64,000 nucleotides of DNA from the NCBI RefSeq assembly GCF_004959855.1, contig NZ_SPNT01000009.1, positions 54,739 to 118,738 of the forward strand, in the 5' to 3' direction. This document shows positions 50,572 through 59,370 of this stretch, piece after piece. Numbering within the stretch: position 1 is the first letter of the stretch; every line of letters starts with the position of its first letter. The position numbers and the translations under genes are program-made. Source of the stretch: Nitratireductor sp. XY-223 (GTDB lineage: Bacteria; Pseudomonadota; Alphaproteobacteria; Rhizobiales; Rhizobiaceae). The notes beneath the pieces were generated by a model, which saw only the letters and a program-made list of their open reading frames with translations, was not told the origin of the DNA and searched no databases.

Positions 50572-50775
50572 TCAGGCAATGATATCGGGGATGATCTGGT
50601 CCTCGACCTTGGCGATTTTGTCCTTGATCGCAAGTTTCTTCTTTTTCATGCGCTGTATCTGAAGGGCGTCGCAGCCAACCTTTATCATTGCGTTGATCGC
50701 GGCGTCGTAATCTTCGTGCTCCTGGCGCAAGCGTGCGGCCTTTAGGCGCAGTTCAGCCTGTTCCTGATCCGACAT
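50572..50775 (-). CDS. DUF465 (YdcH-like) small coiled-coil protein
   Basis: 67 aa with the DUF465 pattern (HEDYDAAINAM...LQIQRMKKKKLAIKDKI). Confidence 0.65.
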   Translation of the reverse strand: MSDQEQAELRLKAARLRQEHEDYDAAINAMIKVGCDALQIQRMKKKKLAIKDKIAKVEDQIIPDIIA

Positions 50776-50900
50776 GCCATCTCCTCGTTGTCAGCATGAA
50801 TCTCCGGCACCCAAGGCCGGGCCTCACAAGGGACCTGAGGCATGCTCTACCACTTTGTGGAGGGTCGCAAAACAGGAAACATCACAAAGTTATCCACCAA

Positions 50901-50930
50901 CTTGAAAAATATCTTCGACAAGCCCCATAT
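50901..50930 (+). promoter_or_regulatory. Sigma-32 (RpoH) consensus promoter CTTGAA-N16-CCCCATAT upstream of the second DUF465 gene
   Basis: -35 at 50901-50906 and -10 CCCCATAT at 50923-50930, about 70 nt upstream of the ATG at 50999. Confidence 0.55.
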
Positions 50931-50998
50931 TTTAGTGGCACAATCTTTAGCCGCCGCCCCCGTTGGCGGCGCTACAGGCAAAGAAAAGGAGTTGTTTG

Positions 50999-51196
50999 AT
51001 GGCAATCCAAGCTCGTCTTGAAACGCTGGAAAAAAAACACGGCGCTCTGGAAGAGGAACTCCATTCAGCCCTTAGTCACCCCTCATCCGACGACACGATA
51101 ATCAGCGAAATCAAGCGGCGCAAACTACGTGTGAAGGACGAAATCGAACGATTGCGTGTGGAAATGTCAAATGCCAGCAACATGGAGCTCAACTGA
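50999..51196 (+). CDS. DUF465 (YdcH-like) small coiled-coil protein
   Basis: 65 aa from MAIQARLETLEKKHGALEEELH...; SD AAAGGAG precedes the ATG; divergent from the other DUF465 gene. Confidence 0.65.
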   Translation: MAIQARLETLEKKHGALEEELHSALSHPSSDDTIISEIKRRKLRVKDEIERLRVEMSNASNMELN

Positions 51197-51317
51197 GCCA
51201 GCCGGCTGACGCGCCCAAGCAATTGCGCAAACGGGACACGCACTAATGGAAAAGGAGCTGCCGCGGCGGATTAACCGCGTACCGGGCAGCTCCAAATCCC
51301 CACCAAACAAAAGGCAA

Positions 51318-52970
51318 TCACTCAGAATTCCTGGCCTGCTCACGCAGCACGAATTTCTGGATTTTTCCGGTCGATGTTTTCGGCAGGTCCTGGAAAACGA
51401 CGTGGCGCGGGCATTTGAAGCGCGCCAGAAGCGTGCGGCAGTGCTCGATCATCTCGTCTTCACCGGCCGTGTGGCCCGGTTTCAACTCGATGAAGGCGCA
51501 GGGCGTCTCGCCCCATTTGTCATCCGGTCTCGCCACCACCGCGGCGGCCTGCACAGCCGGGTGCTTGTAGAGCGCATCCTCCACCTCGATCGACGAGATG
51601 TTCTCTCCGCCGGAAATGATGATGTCCTTTGAGCGGTCCTTCAGCTGGATGTAACCGTCGGGGTGCATGACACCGAGATCGCCGGAATGGAACCAGCCGC
51701 CGGCGAAGGCCTCGGCGCTCGCCTTCTCGTTCTTCAGATAACCCTTCATGACGATGTTGCCCTGGAACATGACCTCACCGATCGTCTCGCCGTCGGCGGG
51801 CACAGGCTCCATCGTTTCGGGATTGCGGACGGAAAGCCCTTCAAGAGCCGTGTAGCGCACGCCCTGACGCGCCTTCATCGCGACCCGGCTCTGCGGGTCG
51901 AGGTCGTCCCAGGCGCTGTGCCATTCATTGACGACGGCGGGGCCGTAGGTTTCCGTCAGGCCGTAAAGATGGACCACCTCGAATCCGGCCTCCGCCATCT
52001 GCGCCAGGACCGATTCCGGCGGCGGCGCAGCGGCCGTGTTGAAGGACACCGCCTGGTCGAAACCGCGTTTTTCGTCGTCCGGCGCATTCAGCAGCGTCGC
52101 CATGACGATCGGCGCGCCGCACAGGTGCGTGACGCCGTGATCCGCTATGGCGTCATACATGGCGCCGGCCCGTACCCACCGCAGGCACACATGGGTGCCG
52201 GCAACGACCCCGAGCGTCCACGGAAAACACCAGCCGTTGCAGTGAAACATCGGCAGGGTCCAAAGATACACCGGGTGCCTCCCCATTCCCGATGCAATGA
52301 CGTTGGCGTATCCCATGAGCGCCGCGCCGCGGTGGTGATAGACGACGCCCTTCGGATTGCCGGTCGTGCCGGATGTGTAATTGAGCGAAATCGAATCCCA
52401 TTCATCGTCCGGTCGGTGCCAGTCGAATTCCGGATCGCCCGCCGTCAGGAATGCTTCATAGTCTTCGGTGCCGATGGGATCGCCCTTCGGGAACGGCGTG
52501 TCGGTGCCGAAATTCGGGTCGTCGTAGTCGATCACGAGGGGCGATACGTTGGCGATTTCCAGCGCCTGTTTCGTGACCGCGGAAAACTCGCGGTCGACGA
52601 TGAGGATCTTGCTGTCGGCGTGGTCGAGCTGGAAGGCGATGATGGCGGCATCCAGGCGCGTGTTGAGCGAATGCAGGACGGCTCCGGTCATCGGCACACC
52701 GTGATGCGCCTCGAGCATCGCCGGCGTGTTCGACAGCATGACCGAAACCGTGTCCCCCTTGCCGATTCCGCGACCGGCGAGGCTGGACGCGAGCTGCCGG
52801 GCGCGGGCATAGAAGGTGCGGTAATCCATCCTGAGCGCACCGTGAATGATGGCGGTGTGGTCGGGATATACGCTGGCGGCGCGCGCCAGGTGCGACAGCG
52901 GCGTCAGCGGCTGAAAATTGGCAGGATTGCGGTCGAGGCCGGATTCGAACGGGTTCGCTGTCATTTTCAT
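51318..52970 (-). CDS. Acyl-CoA synthetase (AMP-dependent synthetase/ligase family)
   Basis: AMP-binding motif (YTSGTTGNPKGV) and a C-terminal domain with the conserved Lys. Confidence 0.85.
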   Translation of the reverse strand: MKMTANPFESGLDRNPANFQPLTPLSHLARAASVYPDHTAIIHGALRMDYRTFYARARQLASSLAGRGIGKGDTVSVMLSNTPAMLEAHHGVPMTGAVLHSLNTRLDAAIIAFQLDHADSKILIVDREFSAVTKQALEIANVSPLVIDYDDPNFGTDTPFPKGDPIGTEDYEAFLTAGDPEFDWHRPDDEWDSISLNYTSGTTGNPKGVVYHHRGAALMGYANVIASGMGRHPVYLWTLPMFHCNGWCFPWTLGVVAGTHVCLRWVRAGAMYDAIADHGVTHLCGAPIVMATLLNAPDDEKRGFDQAVSFNTAAAPPPESVLAQMAEAGFEVVHLYGLTETYGPAVVNEWHSAWDDLDPQSRVAMKARQGVRYTALEGLSVRNPETMEPVPADGETIGEVMFQGNIVMKGYLKNEKASAEAFAGGWFHSGDLGVMHPDGYIQLKDRSKDIIISGGENISSIEVEDALYKHPAVQAAAVVARPDDKWGETPCAFIELKPGHTAGEDEMIEHCRTLLARFKCPRHVVFQDLPKTSTGKIQKFVLREQARNSE

Positions 52971-52985
52971 CTCCCGAATGGATTC

Positions 52986-53759
52986 TCAGCCCATTAACGC
53001 ATTTATGCCGTCGGCAACAAGCTTGATCGAGGTCGCCATGATCATCAGATACATCAGCGGATAGAATATCTCCGGGTGCATGCGCTTGATCACCCAGGCC
53101 CCGGAAAGCGTGGCAAGCGGCGCCAGCGGCAACAGCAGCGCCGATGTCTTCAGATTGCTGGCATCGAACTGGCCGAGGGCGAAATAGGGCACGAGCTTGA
53201 TGGCGTTGACGACGGCAAAATAGCGCGTGCTGGTGCCGGTATAGGTCTTCGGATCGAGCCGGAGCGGCAGCGTGTAGACCTGGAAGGGCGGCCCGCCCGC
53301 ATGGGTGACGAAACTGGTAAACCCGGAAATCGTCGCCCAGAACGTGCCCTTCACGCGGTTTTGCGGCTGCGGCGGCGATTGGTTTCCCTTGTGGGTCCGG
53401 TACCGGTCATAGGCGTAACGGCAAACGAAGAGGATCGCGATGATGCCGACCATCAGCCGGATCAGGCCCGCGGACACGAAGGAAGCGGTCAACCAGCCGA
53501 CGGCAATGCCGATCACGGCGCCCGGAAGCATGACCTTGAGCGTGGCCGGGTCCCAGTGCTTGCGCCAGACCCAGAGGCTGAACATGTCCATGACGATCAT
53601 GATCGGCAGCATGATCGCGGCCGCCTGGACCGGCGGTATGACCAACGCCATGATCGGAACGCCCATCAGCGCGAAGGCGCCGCCCAGTCCGCCTTTCGAC
53701 AGGCCGACGAGGATAACGGCGGGCACCGCGGCCGCATAGAACAGGAAATCGGTTGGCAT
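52986..53759 (-). CDS. Sulfite exporter TauE/SafE family membrane protein
   Basis: 257 aa polytopic membrane protein with the internal-repeat architecture of TauE/SafE. Confidence 0.7.
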   Translation of the reverse strand: MPTDFLFYAAAVPAVILVGLSKGGLGGAFALMGVPIMALVIPPVQAAAIMLPIMIVMDMFSLWVWRKHWDPATLKVMLPGAVIGIAVGWLTASFVSAGLIRLMVGIIAILFVCRYAYDRYRTHKGNQSPPQPQNRVKGTFWATISGFTSFVTHAGGPPFQVYTLPLRLDPKTYTGTSTRYFAVVNAIKLVPYFALGQFDASNLKTSALLLPLAPLATLSGAWVIKRMHPEIFYPLMYLMIMATSIKLVADGINALMG

Positions 53760-53865
53760 GTGAGGCAGTTGATCCTATGTGGCGTGTGGTCTATCGGGAC
53801 TTGGTGAAAAAAGCGAGTGGCCGGATGACAAAAACTGCCGGTTTCGCCAAGCAATGCGGGATAGC

Positions 53866-54519
53866 ATGACAGACATTGAAAACAGGTGCCGAATTGTTCT
53901 CGTCACGCCGGACCTGCCGGAGCCGGAAGACGCCCGGCGCGCGGTGGACGATGCGTTGCGCGGCGGCGACGTGGCGTCGGTCATCGTGCCGCAATACGAT
54001 GCCGACGAGCGCACATTCCAGAAATGCGCCGAGGCGCTGGTGCCCGTCATACAGGATGCCGGCGCAGCGGCCCTGATCGCCGGCGACCCGAGGGTCGCCG
54101 CCCGCACCAAGGCTGACGGACTGCATGTCGAGGGGGGACGCGATGCCATGGCGGAGGCCATCGAGCGGTACGCGCCGGGCATGATCGTCGGCGGCGGACG
54201 GGCGAAGGACCGCCATTCGGCGCTGGAGCTGGGCGAGCTGAGACCGGACTACCTGTTCCTCGGCAAGCTCGAAGGGGATATCAAGGCCGAGCCGCACCCG
54301 AAGAACCTTGATCTAGGGCAATGGTGGGCATCGATGGTTGAAATCCCATGTATTGTCATGGGCGGCCAGTCGATCGGTTCGGTGGTTGCCGTCGCCGAAA
54401 ACGGCGTGGAGTTCGTGGCGCTGCGCCACGCGGTGTTCGCCAACCCCGGCAACGCGGCCATGGCCGTAGCCGAAGCCAACGCGCTGCTCGACGAAAAAGC
54501 GCCACGGTTTGAGGATTAG
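53866..54519 (+). CDS. Thiamine phosphate synthase (ThiE/TenI) family protein
   Basis: TMP-TENI fold features; starts at MTDIENRCRIVLVTP. The ORF is open from 53779. Confidence 0.55.
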   Translation: MTDIENRCRIVLVTPDLPEPEDARRAVDDALRGGDVASVIVPQYDADERTFQKCAEALVPVIQDAGAAALIAGDPRVAARTKADGLHVEGGRDAMAEAIERYAPGMIVGGGRAKDRHSALELGELRPDYLFLGKLEGDIKAEPHPKNLDLGQWWASMVEIPCIVMGGQSIGSVVAVAENGVEFVALRHAVFANPGNAAMAVAEANALLDEKAPRFED

Positions 54520-54527
54520 AAGAGCGC

Positions 54528-55520
54528 ATGAACAAACGCATATCGATTATGGCGACCGCCGCTGCGCTGGCACTGCTGCCGGCCACGGCAATGGCCGCCG
54601 CGGAGGACCCGGCGGCCGCGGCAGCCGATGAGCTGCAGACGGAATCGCCTGCCGATCCCGGCGCGTCCCTGCAGCCGGAAGAGCCGGGAAGTCAGGGCGA
54701 TGCCGCCTACGGCGCATTCCAGCGCGGCCGTTACCTGACAGCATTCGAGCTGGCGCTGCCGCTCGCCAAGCTCGGCGATCCGGCGGCGCAGACCCTGGTG
54801 GCGGAGATCTATGCGCGGGGTCTCGGCGTTGCGCGGGACATGAAGGAAGCGGCCTTCTGGTACGGTGCCGCGGCCGACGGCGGCGACATCGCCGCGCAGC
54901 TCAAATTCGCCCTGATGCTGCTTGAAGGGCGCCACGTGGAGGGCGACCGCGACCGGGCGCGCGAACTGATGAAGCTGGCGGCCGACGCCGGCAATTCATC
55001 GGCCCAGTTCAACTACGGCCAGTTGCTGATCACCGACCAGCCGGGCAAGGAGGGCATCGAAAAGGCGCTGCCCTACATGACCAGCGCGGCCGAGAGCGGC
55101 ATTGCCGACGCCCAGTTCGCCCTGGCGCAGATCTATGCCTATGGCACCGGCCTCGAGGCGGATCCGCGCACCGCGCGCATGTGGATGATCCGTGCGGCCC
55201 GATCGGGTTTCGATACGGCGCAGCTTGACCTGGCCGTGTGGCTGATCGACGGCATCGGCGGCGCCGTGGACTACGAAGCCGGATTCGGGTGGATGCGCCG
55301 TGCCGCCAACACCGGCAACGTGATGGCACAGAACCGGCTCTCGCATCTCTACATCCACGCCATCGGCACACGTCCGGACCCGATCGAGGCTGCGAAATGG
55401 TACATTCTCTCGCGCCGTGCCGGTCTCGAGGACCGTGGCCTCGAAGACTTTTTTCAAGGTCTGACGTCGGAAGAGCAGAAGGCCGGTATCGAGGCTGCCA
55501 ACAACTTCAGATCCCGCTGA
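54528..55520 (+). CDS. Sel1/tetratricopeptide-like repeat protein (secreted)
   Basis: Signal peptide and repeated A.WY..AA..G...AQ Sel1-like units. Confidence 0.7.
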   Translation: MNKRISIMATAAALALLPATAMAAAEDPAAAAADELQTESPADPGASLQPEEPGSQGDAAYGAFQRGRYLTAFELALPLAKLGDPAAQTLVAEIYARGLGVARDMKEAAFWYGAAADGGDIAAQLKFALMLLEGRHVEGDRDRARELMKLAADAGNSSAQFNYGQLLITDQPGKEGIEKALPYMTSAAESGIADAQFALAQIYAYGTGLEADPRTARMWMIRAARSGFDTAQLDLAVWLIDGIGGAVDYEAGFGWMRRAANTGNVMAQNRLSHLYIHAIGTRPDPIEAAKWYILSRRAGLEDRGLEDFFQGLTSEEQKAGIEAANNFRSR

Positions 55521-55631
55521 TCCGGCGCGCCAGGACGCGCCGGACAATGCCGATCGGGCGTGCGGACTTGCATGTGCGGCGCAATTGTGTTCTTGAGGCG
55601 CCGAATTGTCAGAATTACCGGAATGGCTTCC

Positions 55632-56195
55632 ATGAAAATCAACGGAAACGAAATTCGCCCGGGCAACGTGATCGAGCACAATGGCGGCTTGTGGGTGGCG
55701 GTGAAGACCAACGCCGTCAAACCCGGCAAGGGCGGTGCGTTCAACCAGGTCGAGCTCAAGAATGTGATCGACGGAACCAAGCTCAACGAACGGTTCCGCG
55801 CTTCCGAGACGGTTGAAAGGGTGCGCCTGGAGCAGAAGGACTTCCAGTATCTCTACGAGCAGGGCGACATGCTCGTCTTCATGGACAATGAAAGCTACGA
55901 GCAACTGGAACTGCCGCAGGAATTCGTCGGCGACCGTGCCAAATTCCTGCAGGACGGCATGACCGTCACCGTCGAGCTTTACGAGGAAAAGCCGATCGGC
56001 ATCTCGCTGCCCGACCAGGTGACGCTGACCATCACGGAGGCCGATCCGGTGGTCAAGGGGCAGACGGCTGCCTCGTCCTACAAGCCGGCAATGATGGAAA
56101 ATGGCGTGCGCGTCATGGTGCCGCCGTTTATCGAGGCCGGGGAACGCATTCTCGTCGATACCAACGAGATAACCTATATCCGCCGGGCCGACTGA
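55632..56195 (+). CDS. efp: Elongation factor P
   Basis: EF-P motifs ([22 protein letters not shown]); alternative start 9 nt upstream. Confidence 0.9.
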   Translation: MKINGNEIRPGNVIEHNGGLWVAVKTNAVKPGKGGAFNQVELKNVIDGTKLNERFRASETVERVRLEQKDFQYLYEQGDMLVFMDNESYEQLELPQEFVGDRAKFLQDGMTVTVELYEEKPIGISLPDQVTLTITEADPVVKGQTAASSYKPAMMENGVRVMVPPFIEAGERILVDTNEITYIRRAD

Positions 56196-56229
56196 CCGTA
56201 TCGGAAACACCCGCAGCAAGGCACACAAC

Positions 56230-57021
56230 ATGGCCCGCTCAGCGCTTCTCAATGTCATGGTCCAGGCCGCTATGAAGGCCGGACGCTCGCTTGCCCGCGA
56301 TTTCGGGGAGGTGCAGAACCTCCAGGTGTCGCTCAAAGGCCCGAGCGACTATGTCAGCCAGGCCGACCACAAGGCCGAGGAGATCATTCTGGGGGAACTG
56401 GCTCGGGCCAGACCGACCTACAGCGTGCTGGCCGAGGAGGGCGGCGAGAAGAAGGGCACCGACGGCATGCATCGCTGGATTGTCGATCCGCTCGACGGAA
56501 CGACGAATTTCCTGCACGGCATACCGGTGTTCGCCGTTTCCATTGCCCTTGAACGCCAGGGCGAGATCGTCGCGGGCGTTATCTACAATCCGGCGATGGA
56601 CGAGCTTTTCACCGCCGAACGCGGCAATGGCGCATTCCTCAACGACCGCCGCATGCGGGTCGCCGGCCGGCGCGCCCTGTCGGACTGCGTGATCGGGACC
56701 GGCGTTCCGCACCTGGGACGCGGCGCGCACGGGAAATACCTGGTCGAGCTGCGAAACGTCATGGGCGAGGTGGCAGGTGTCAGGCGCATGGGGGCGGCGG
56801 CGCTCGATCTCGCTTATGTGGCAGCCGGACGGCTCGACGGTTTCTGGGAGGACGAGCTGTCGCCCTGGGACCTCGCCGCGGGCATCGTGATGATCCGCGA
56901 GGCCGGCGGCTTCGTTTCCGACCGGGATGGCGGCAGCAAAATGTTCGAGAAGCGCAACGTCATCGCCGGAAACGAGCGCATCCACAAAGACCTGTCAGCG
57001 GTGCTGAAGCGTCCGGCTTAA
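56230..57021 (+). CDS. suhB: Inositol monophosphatase family protein (SuhB-like)
   Basis: IMPase motifs (WIVDPLDGTTNF, AAGRLDGFWE). Confidence 0.85.
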   Translation: MARSALLNVMVQAAMKAGRSLARDFGEVQNLQVSLKGPSDYVSQADHKAEEIILGELARARPTYSVLAEEGGEKKGTDGMHRWIVDPLDGTTNFLHGIPVFAVSIALERQGEIVAGVIYNPAMDELFTAERGNGAFLNDRRMRVAGRRALSDCVIGTGVPHLGRGAHGKYLVELRNVMGEVAGVRRMGAAALDLAYVAAGRLDGFWEDELSPWDLAAGIVMIREAGGFVSDRDGGSKMFEKRNVIAGNERIHKDLSAVLKRPA

Positions 57022-57247
57022 TAGCGTCCAATTTCTTTTCTAAGTGCTAATCTTGTCTTCCGGTCTTTCCATTCGGGCTTGTTTTTGATTAGTTTCATAA
57101 CGCCTTAATGGAGGCGGGACAAAAAAGGGATTCGGAGCAAATCGCCGGACGATCCGTGGTGACTTGCCTGGACAGGGAAGCGGATCAGGCCGCCGGGGAT
57201 CCATATGGCGGCGGGGCGCAGCGGATATAGGGTAGGGTACGCAGCCT

Positions 57248-58312
57248 ATGGCAAAGCTAAGACTCTCGGGGTGGGGCTTGTCGGAACAGGATTTGGGTGT
57301 CGAGCCGCACCGGCTGTCGAGTCCGCTGGTGTTCTTCTGGAGCCAGGTCATTTTCCTGATCATGACCGGCTTTCTCGCCGCCATCCTCTACCGGCAGATA
57401 TCGGCGGCGTTCTTCGCCAATCCGGGCCTCAACGGGCTGATCCTGTTCGTTCTGGCCATCGGCGTGCTGCTTGCGGTCAACCAGGTTCTCAGGCTGCGCC
57501 CGGAAGTCAGCTGGGTCAATTCATTCCGCCAGGGCAGCGACCGGATGCGCGGTTCGCGCAGCCCGACACTGCTGGCGCCGATGCGCGTTTTGCTCAGCCG
57601 CAAGCAGTCGATGTCGCTGTCGACGACGGCGCTGCGGTCAATCCTCGATTCCATCGCCACCAGGCTCGATGAATCGCGCGACACGTCGCGCTACATGATC
57701 GGTCTCCTCGTCTTTCTCGGTCTCTTGGGAACCTTCTGGGGACTGCTCCAGACCATCGGCTCGATCAACACGGTGATCCAGTCGCTCGATCCGGGTTCGG
57801 GAAACACCAACGACATCCTCCAGGAGCTCAAGGACGGGCTCGAGGCGCCGCTCGCCGGCATGGGAACGGCGTTTTCCTCGTCGCTTTTCGGTCTGGCCGG
57901 GTCGCTGGTCCTGGGCTTTCTCGACCTGCAGGCGGGACGGGCGCAGAACCGCTTCTACACGGAACTGGAGAACTGGCTGTCGACCGTCACCGATCCGGAC
58001 TTCGACATCGCCGCACCGGAAATCGCCACCGGCGCCGAATCGTCCGAGGACATCCGACGCCTCTCGGAAACCGTGCAGACGATGGCGCAGGCTGGCGGCG
58101 GCATCAACCAGCGCTCGACGGCCGCGATGGCCAATCTCGCGGAAGGCATCCAGGGCCTTGTCAAGAACATGCGCAACGAGCAGCAGATGCTGCGCGACTG
58201 GATCGAGGCGCAGCAGTCGGAGTCCCGGGCGATGCGCCAGACGCTCGATTCGCTGGGTTCCGAAATCAGCAAGATGGATACCAACAACGGCAAGAAAGCC
58301 AAGGGAAACTAA
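57248..58312 (+). CDS. MotA/TolQ/ExbB proton-channel family protein with ~130 aa cytoplasmic C-terminal tail
   Basis: Four TM helices; conserved LGLLGTFWGLLQT motif between TM3 and TM4; coiled-coil tail. Confidence 0.7.
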   Translation: MAKLRLSGWGLSEQDLGVEPHRLSSPLVFFWSQVIFLIMTGFLAAILYRQISAAFFANPGLNGLILFVLAIGVLLAVNQVLRLRPEVSWVNSFRQGSDRMRGSRSPTLLAPMRVLLSRKQSMSLSTTALRSILDSIATRLDESRDTSRYMIGLLVFLGLLGTFWGLLQTIGSINTVIQSLDPGSGNTNDILQELKDGLEAPLAGMGTAFSSSLFGLAGSLVLGFLDLQAGRAQNRFYTELENWLSTVTDPDFDIAAPEIATGAESSEDIRRLSETVQTMAQAGGGINQRSTAAMANLAEGIQGLVKNMRNEQQMLRDWIEAQQSESRAMRQTLDSLGSEISKMDTNNGKKAKGN

Positions 58313-58315
58313 GCG

Positions 58316-59347
58316 GTGGCACTGGCGCGTAACCGTCGCGGAGACCGTGGGGTCGATTTCTGGCCGGGCTTCGTCGATGCATTGTCGACGCTGCTGCTTG
58401 CCATCATGTTCCTGCTGTCCGTCTTCGTCATCGCGCAGTTCCTCTTGAGCCGCGAGATCAGCGGCCGCGACGAGGTGCTGAACCGCCTCAACTCGCAGAT
58501 CAACGAGTTGACCCAGTTGCTGGCGCTCGAACAGTCCGGCAAACAGGATCTCGAGGACGCGCTCGCCAACCTGCAGGCAACGCTCGCCGAGGCCGAGGGC
58601 GAACGCTCGCGGTTGCAGGACCTGCTGGCGCGGGGCGCCGGCGCGTCTAGCGCCGCCGAGGCGGAAATCGGAACGCTCTCGCAATCGCTCGACGAAGAGC
58701 GGCAGATCAGCCAGCGGGCGCTGTCCCAGGTGGAGCTGCTGAACCAGCAGATCGCGGCGCTGCGGCGGCAGATCGGGGCGCTCGAGGCGGCGCTCGAGGT
58801 CTCCGAGCAGAAAGACCGCGAATCGCAGACGAAGATCGCCGATCTCGGCCGGCGGCTGAACGTGGCGCTGGCCCAGCGTGTGCAGGAACTCAACCGCTAC
58901 CGCTCCGATTTCTTCGGGCGCCTGCGTGAAATCCTGTCGGACCGGGAAAACATCCGCATCGTCGGAGACCGCTTCGTATTCCAGTCGGAGGTCCTGTTCC
59001 CGTCCGGCAGCGACCAGCTCAATGTCGAGGGCCAGCAGGAAATGACCAAGCTCGCCGACGCGCTCCAGGACCTCGGCCGCGAAATACCGACGGATATCAA
59101 CTGGGTGCTGCGGGTCGACGGCCACACGGACAATGTGCCGCTGTCCGGCACCGGGCGGTTCGCCGACAACTGGGAACTGTCGTCGGCGCGCGCGACGTCC
59201 GTCGTCAAATACCTGATCAATGAAGGCGTTCCGGCCAACCGCCTCGTCGCGGCCGGCTTCGGCGAATTCCAGCCGATCGAGGTGGGCAACTCGCCGCAGG
59301 CGCGTGCCACCAACCGCCGCATCGAGCTGAAACTCACCGAACGCTAG
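58316..59347 (+). CDS. MotB-like / OmpA-family peptidoglycan-binding protein with long coiled-coil linker
   Basis: MotB-like N-terminal plug/TM (FWPGFVDALSTLLLAIMFLL), ~150 aa coiled coil, C-terminal OmpA domain (NRRIEL); starts 4 nt after the MotA-like gene. Confidence 0.75.
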   Translation: MALARNRRGDRGVDFWPGFVDALSTLLLAIMFLLSVFVIAQFLLSREISGRDEVLNRLNSQINELTQLLALEQSGKQDLEDALANLQATLAEAEGERSRLQDLLARGAGASSAAEAEIGTLSQSLDEERQISQRALSQVELLNQQIAALRRQIGALEAALEVSEQKDRESQTKIADLGRRLNVALAQRVQELNRYRSDFFGRLREILSDRENIRIVGDRFVFQSEVLFPSGSDQLNVEGQQEMTKLADALQDLGREIPTDINWVLRVDGHTDNVPLSGTGRFADNWELSSARATSVVKYLINEGVPANRLVAAGFGEFQPIEVGNSPQARATNRRIELKLTER

Positions 59348-59370
59348 GCAATCGGCGCGGCGACTGGGGT

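Noticed and set aside
53760-53865. TPP riboswitch upstream of the ThiE-like gene
   Set aside because: No CUGAGA / ACCUGAUCUGGAUAAUGCCAGCG-like conserved elements visible in the leader
57248-59347. Zorya (ZorAB) anti-phage system
   Set aside because: The A-subunit tail is ~130 aa rather than the very long ZorA tail, and there are no ZorC/ZorD-like genes nearby. Kept only as a generic MotAB-like pair
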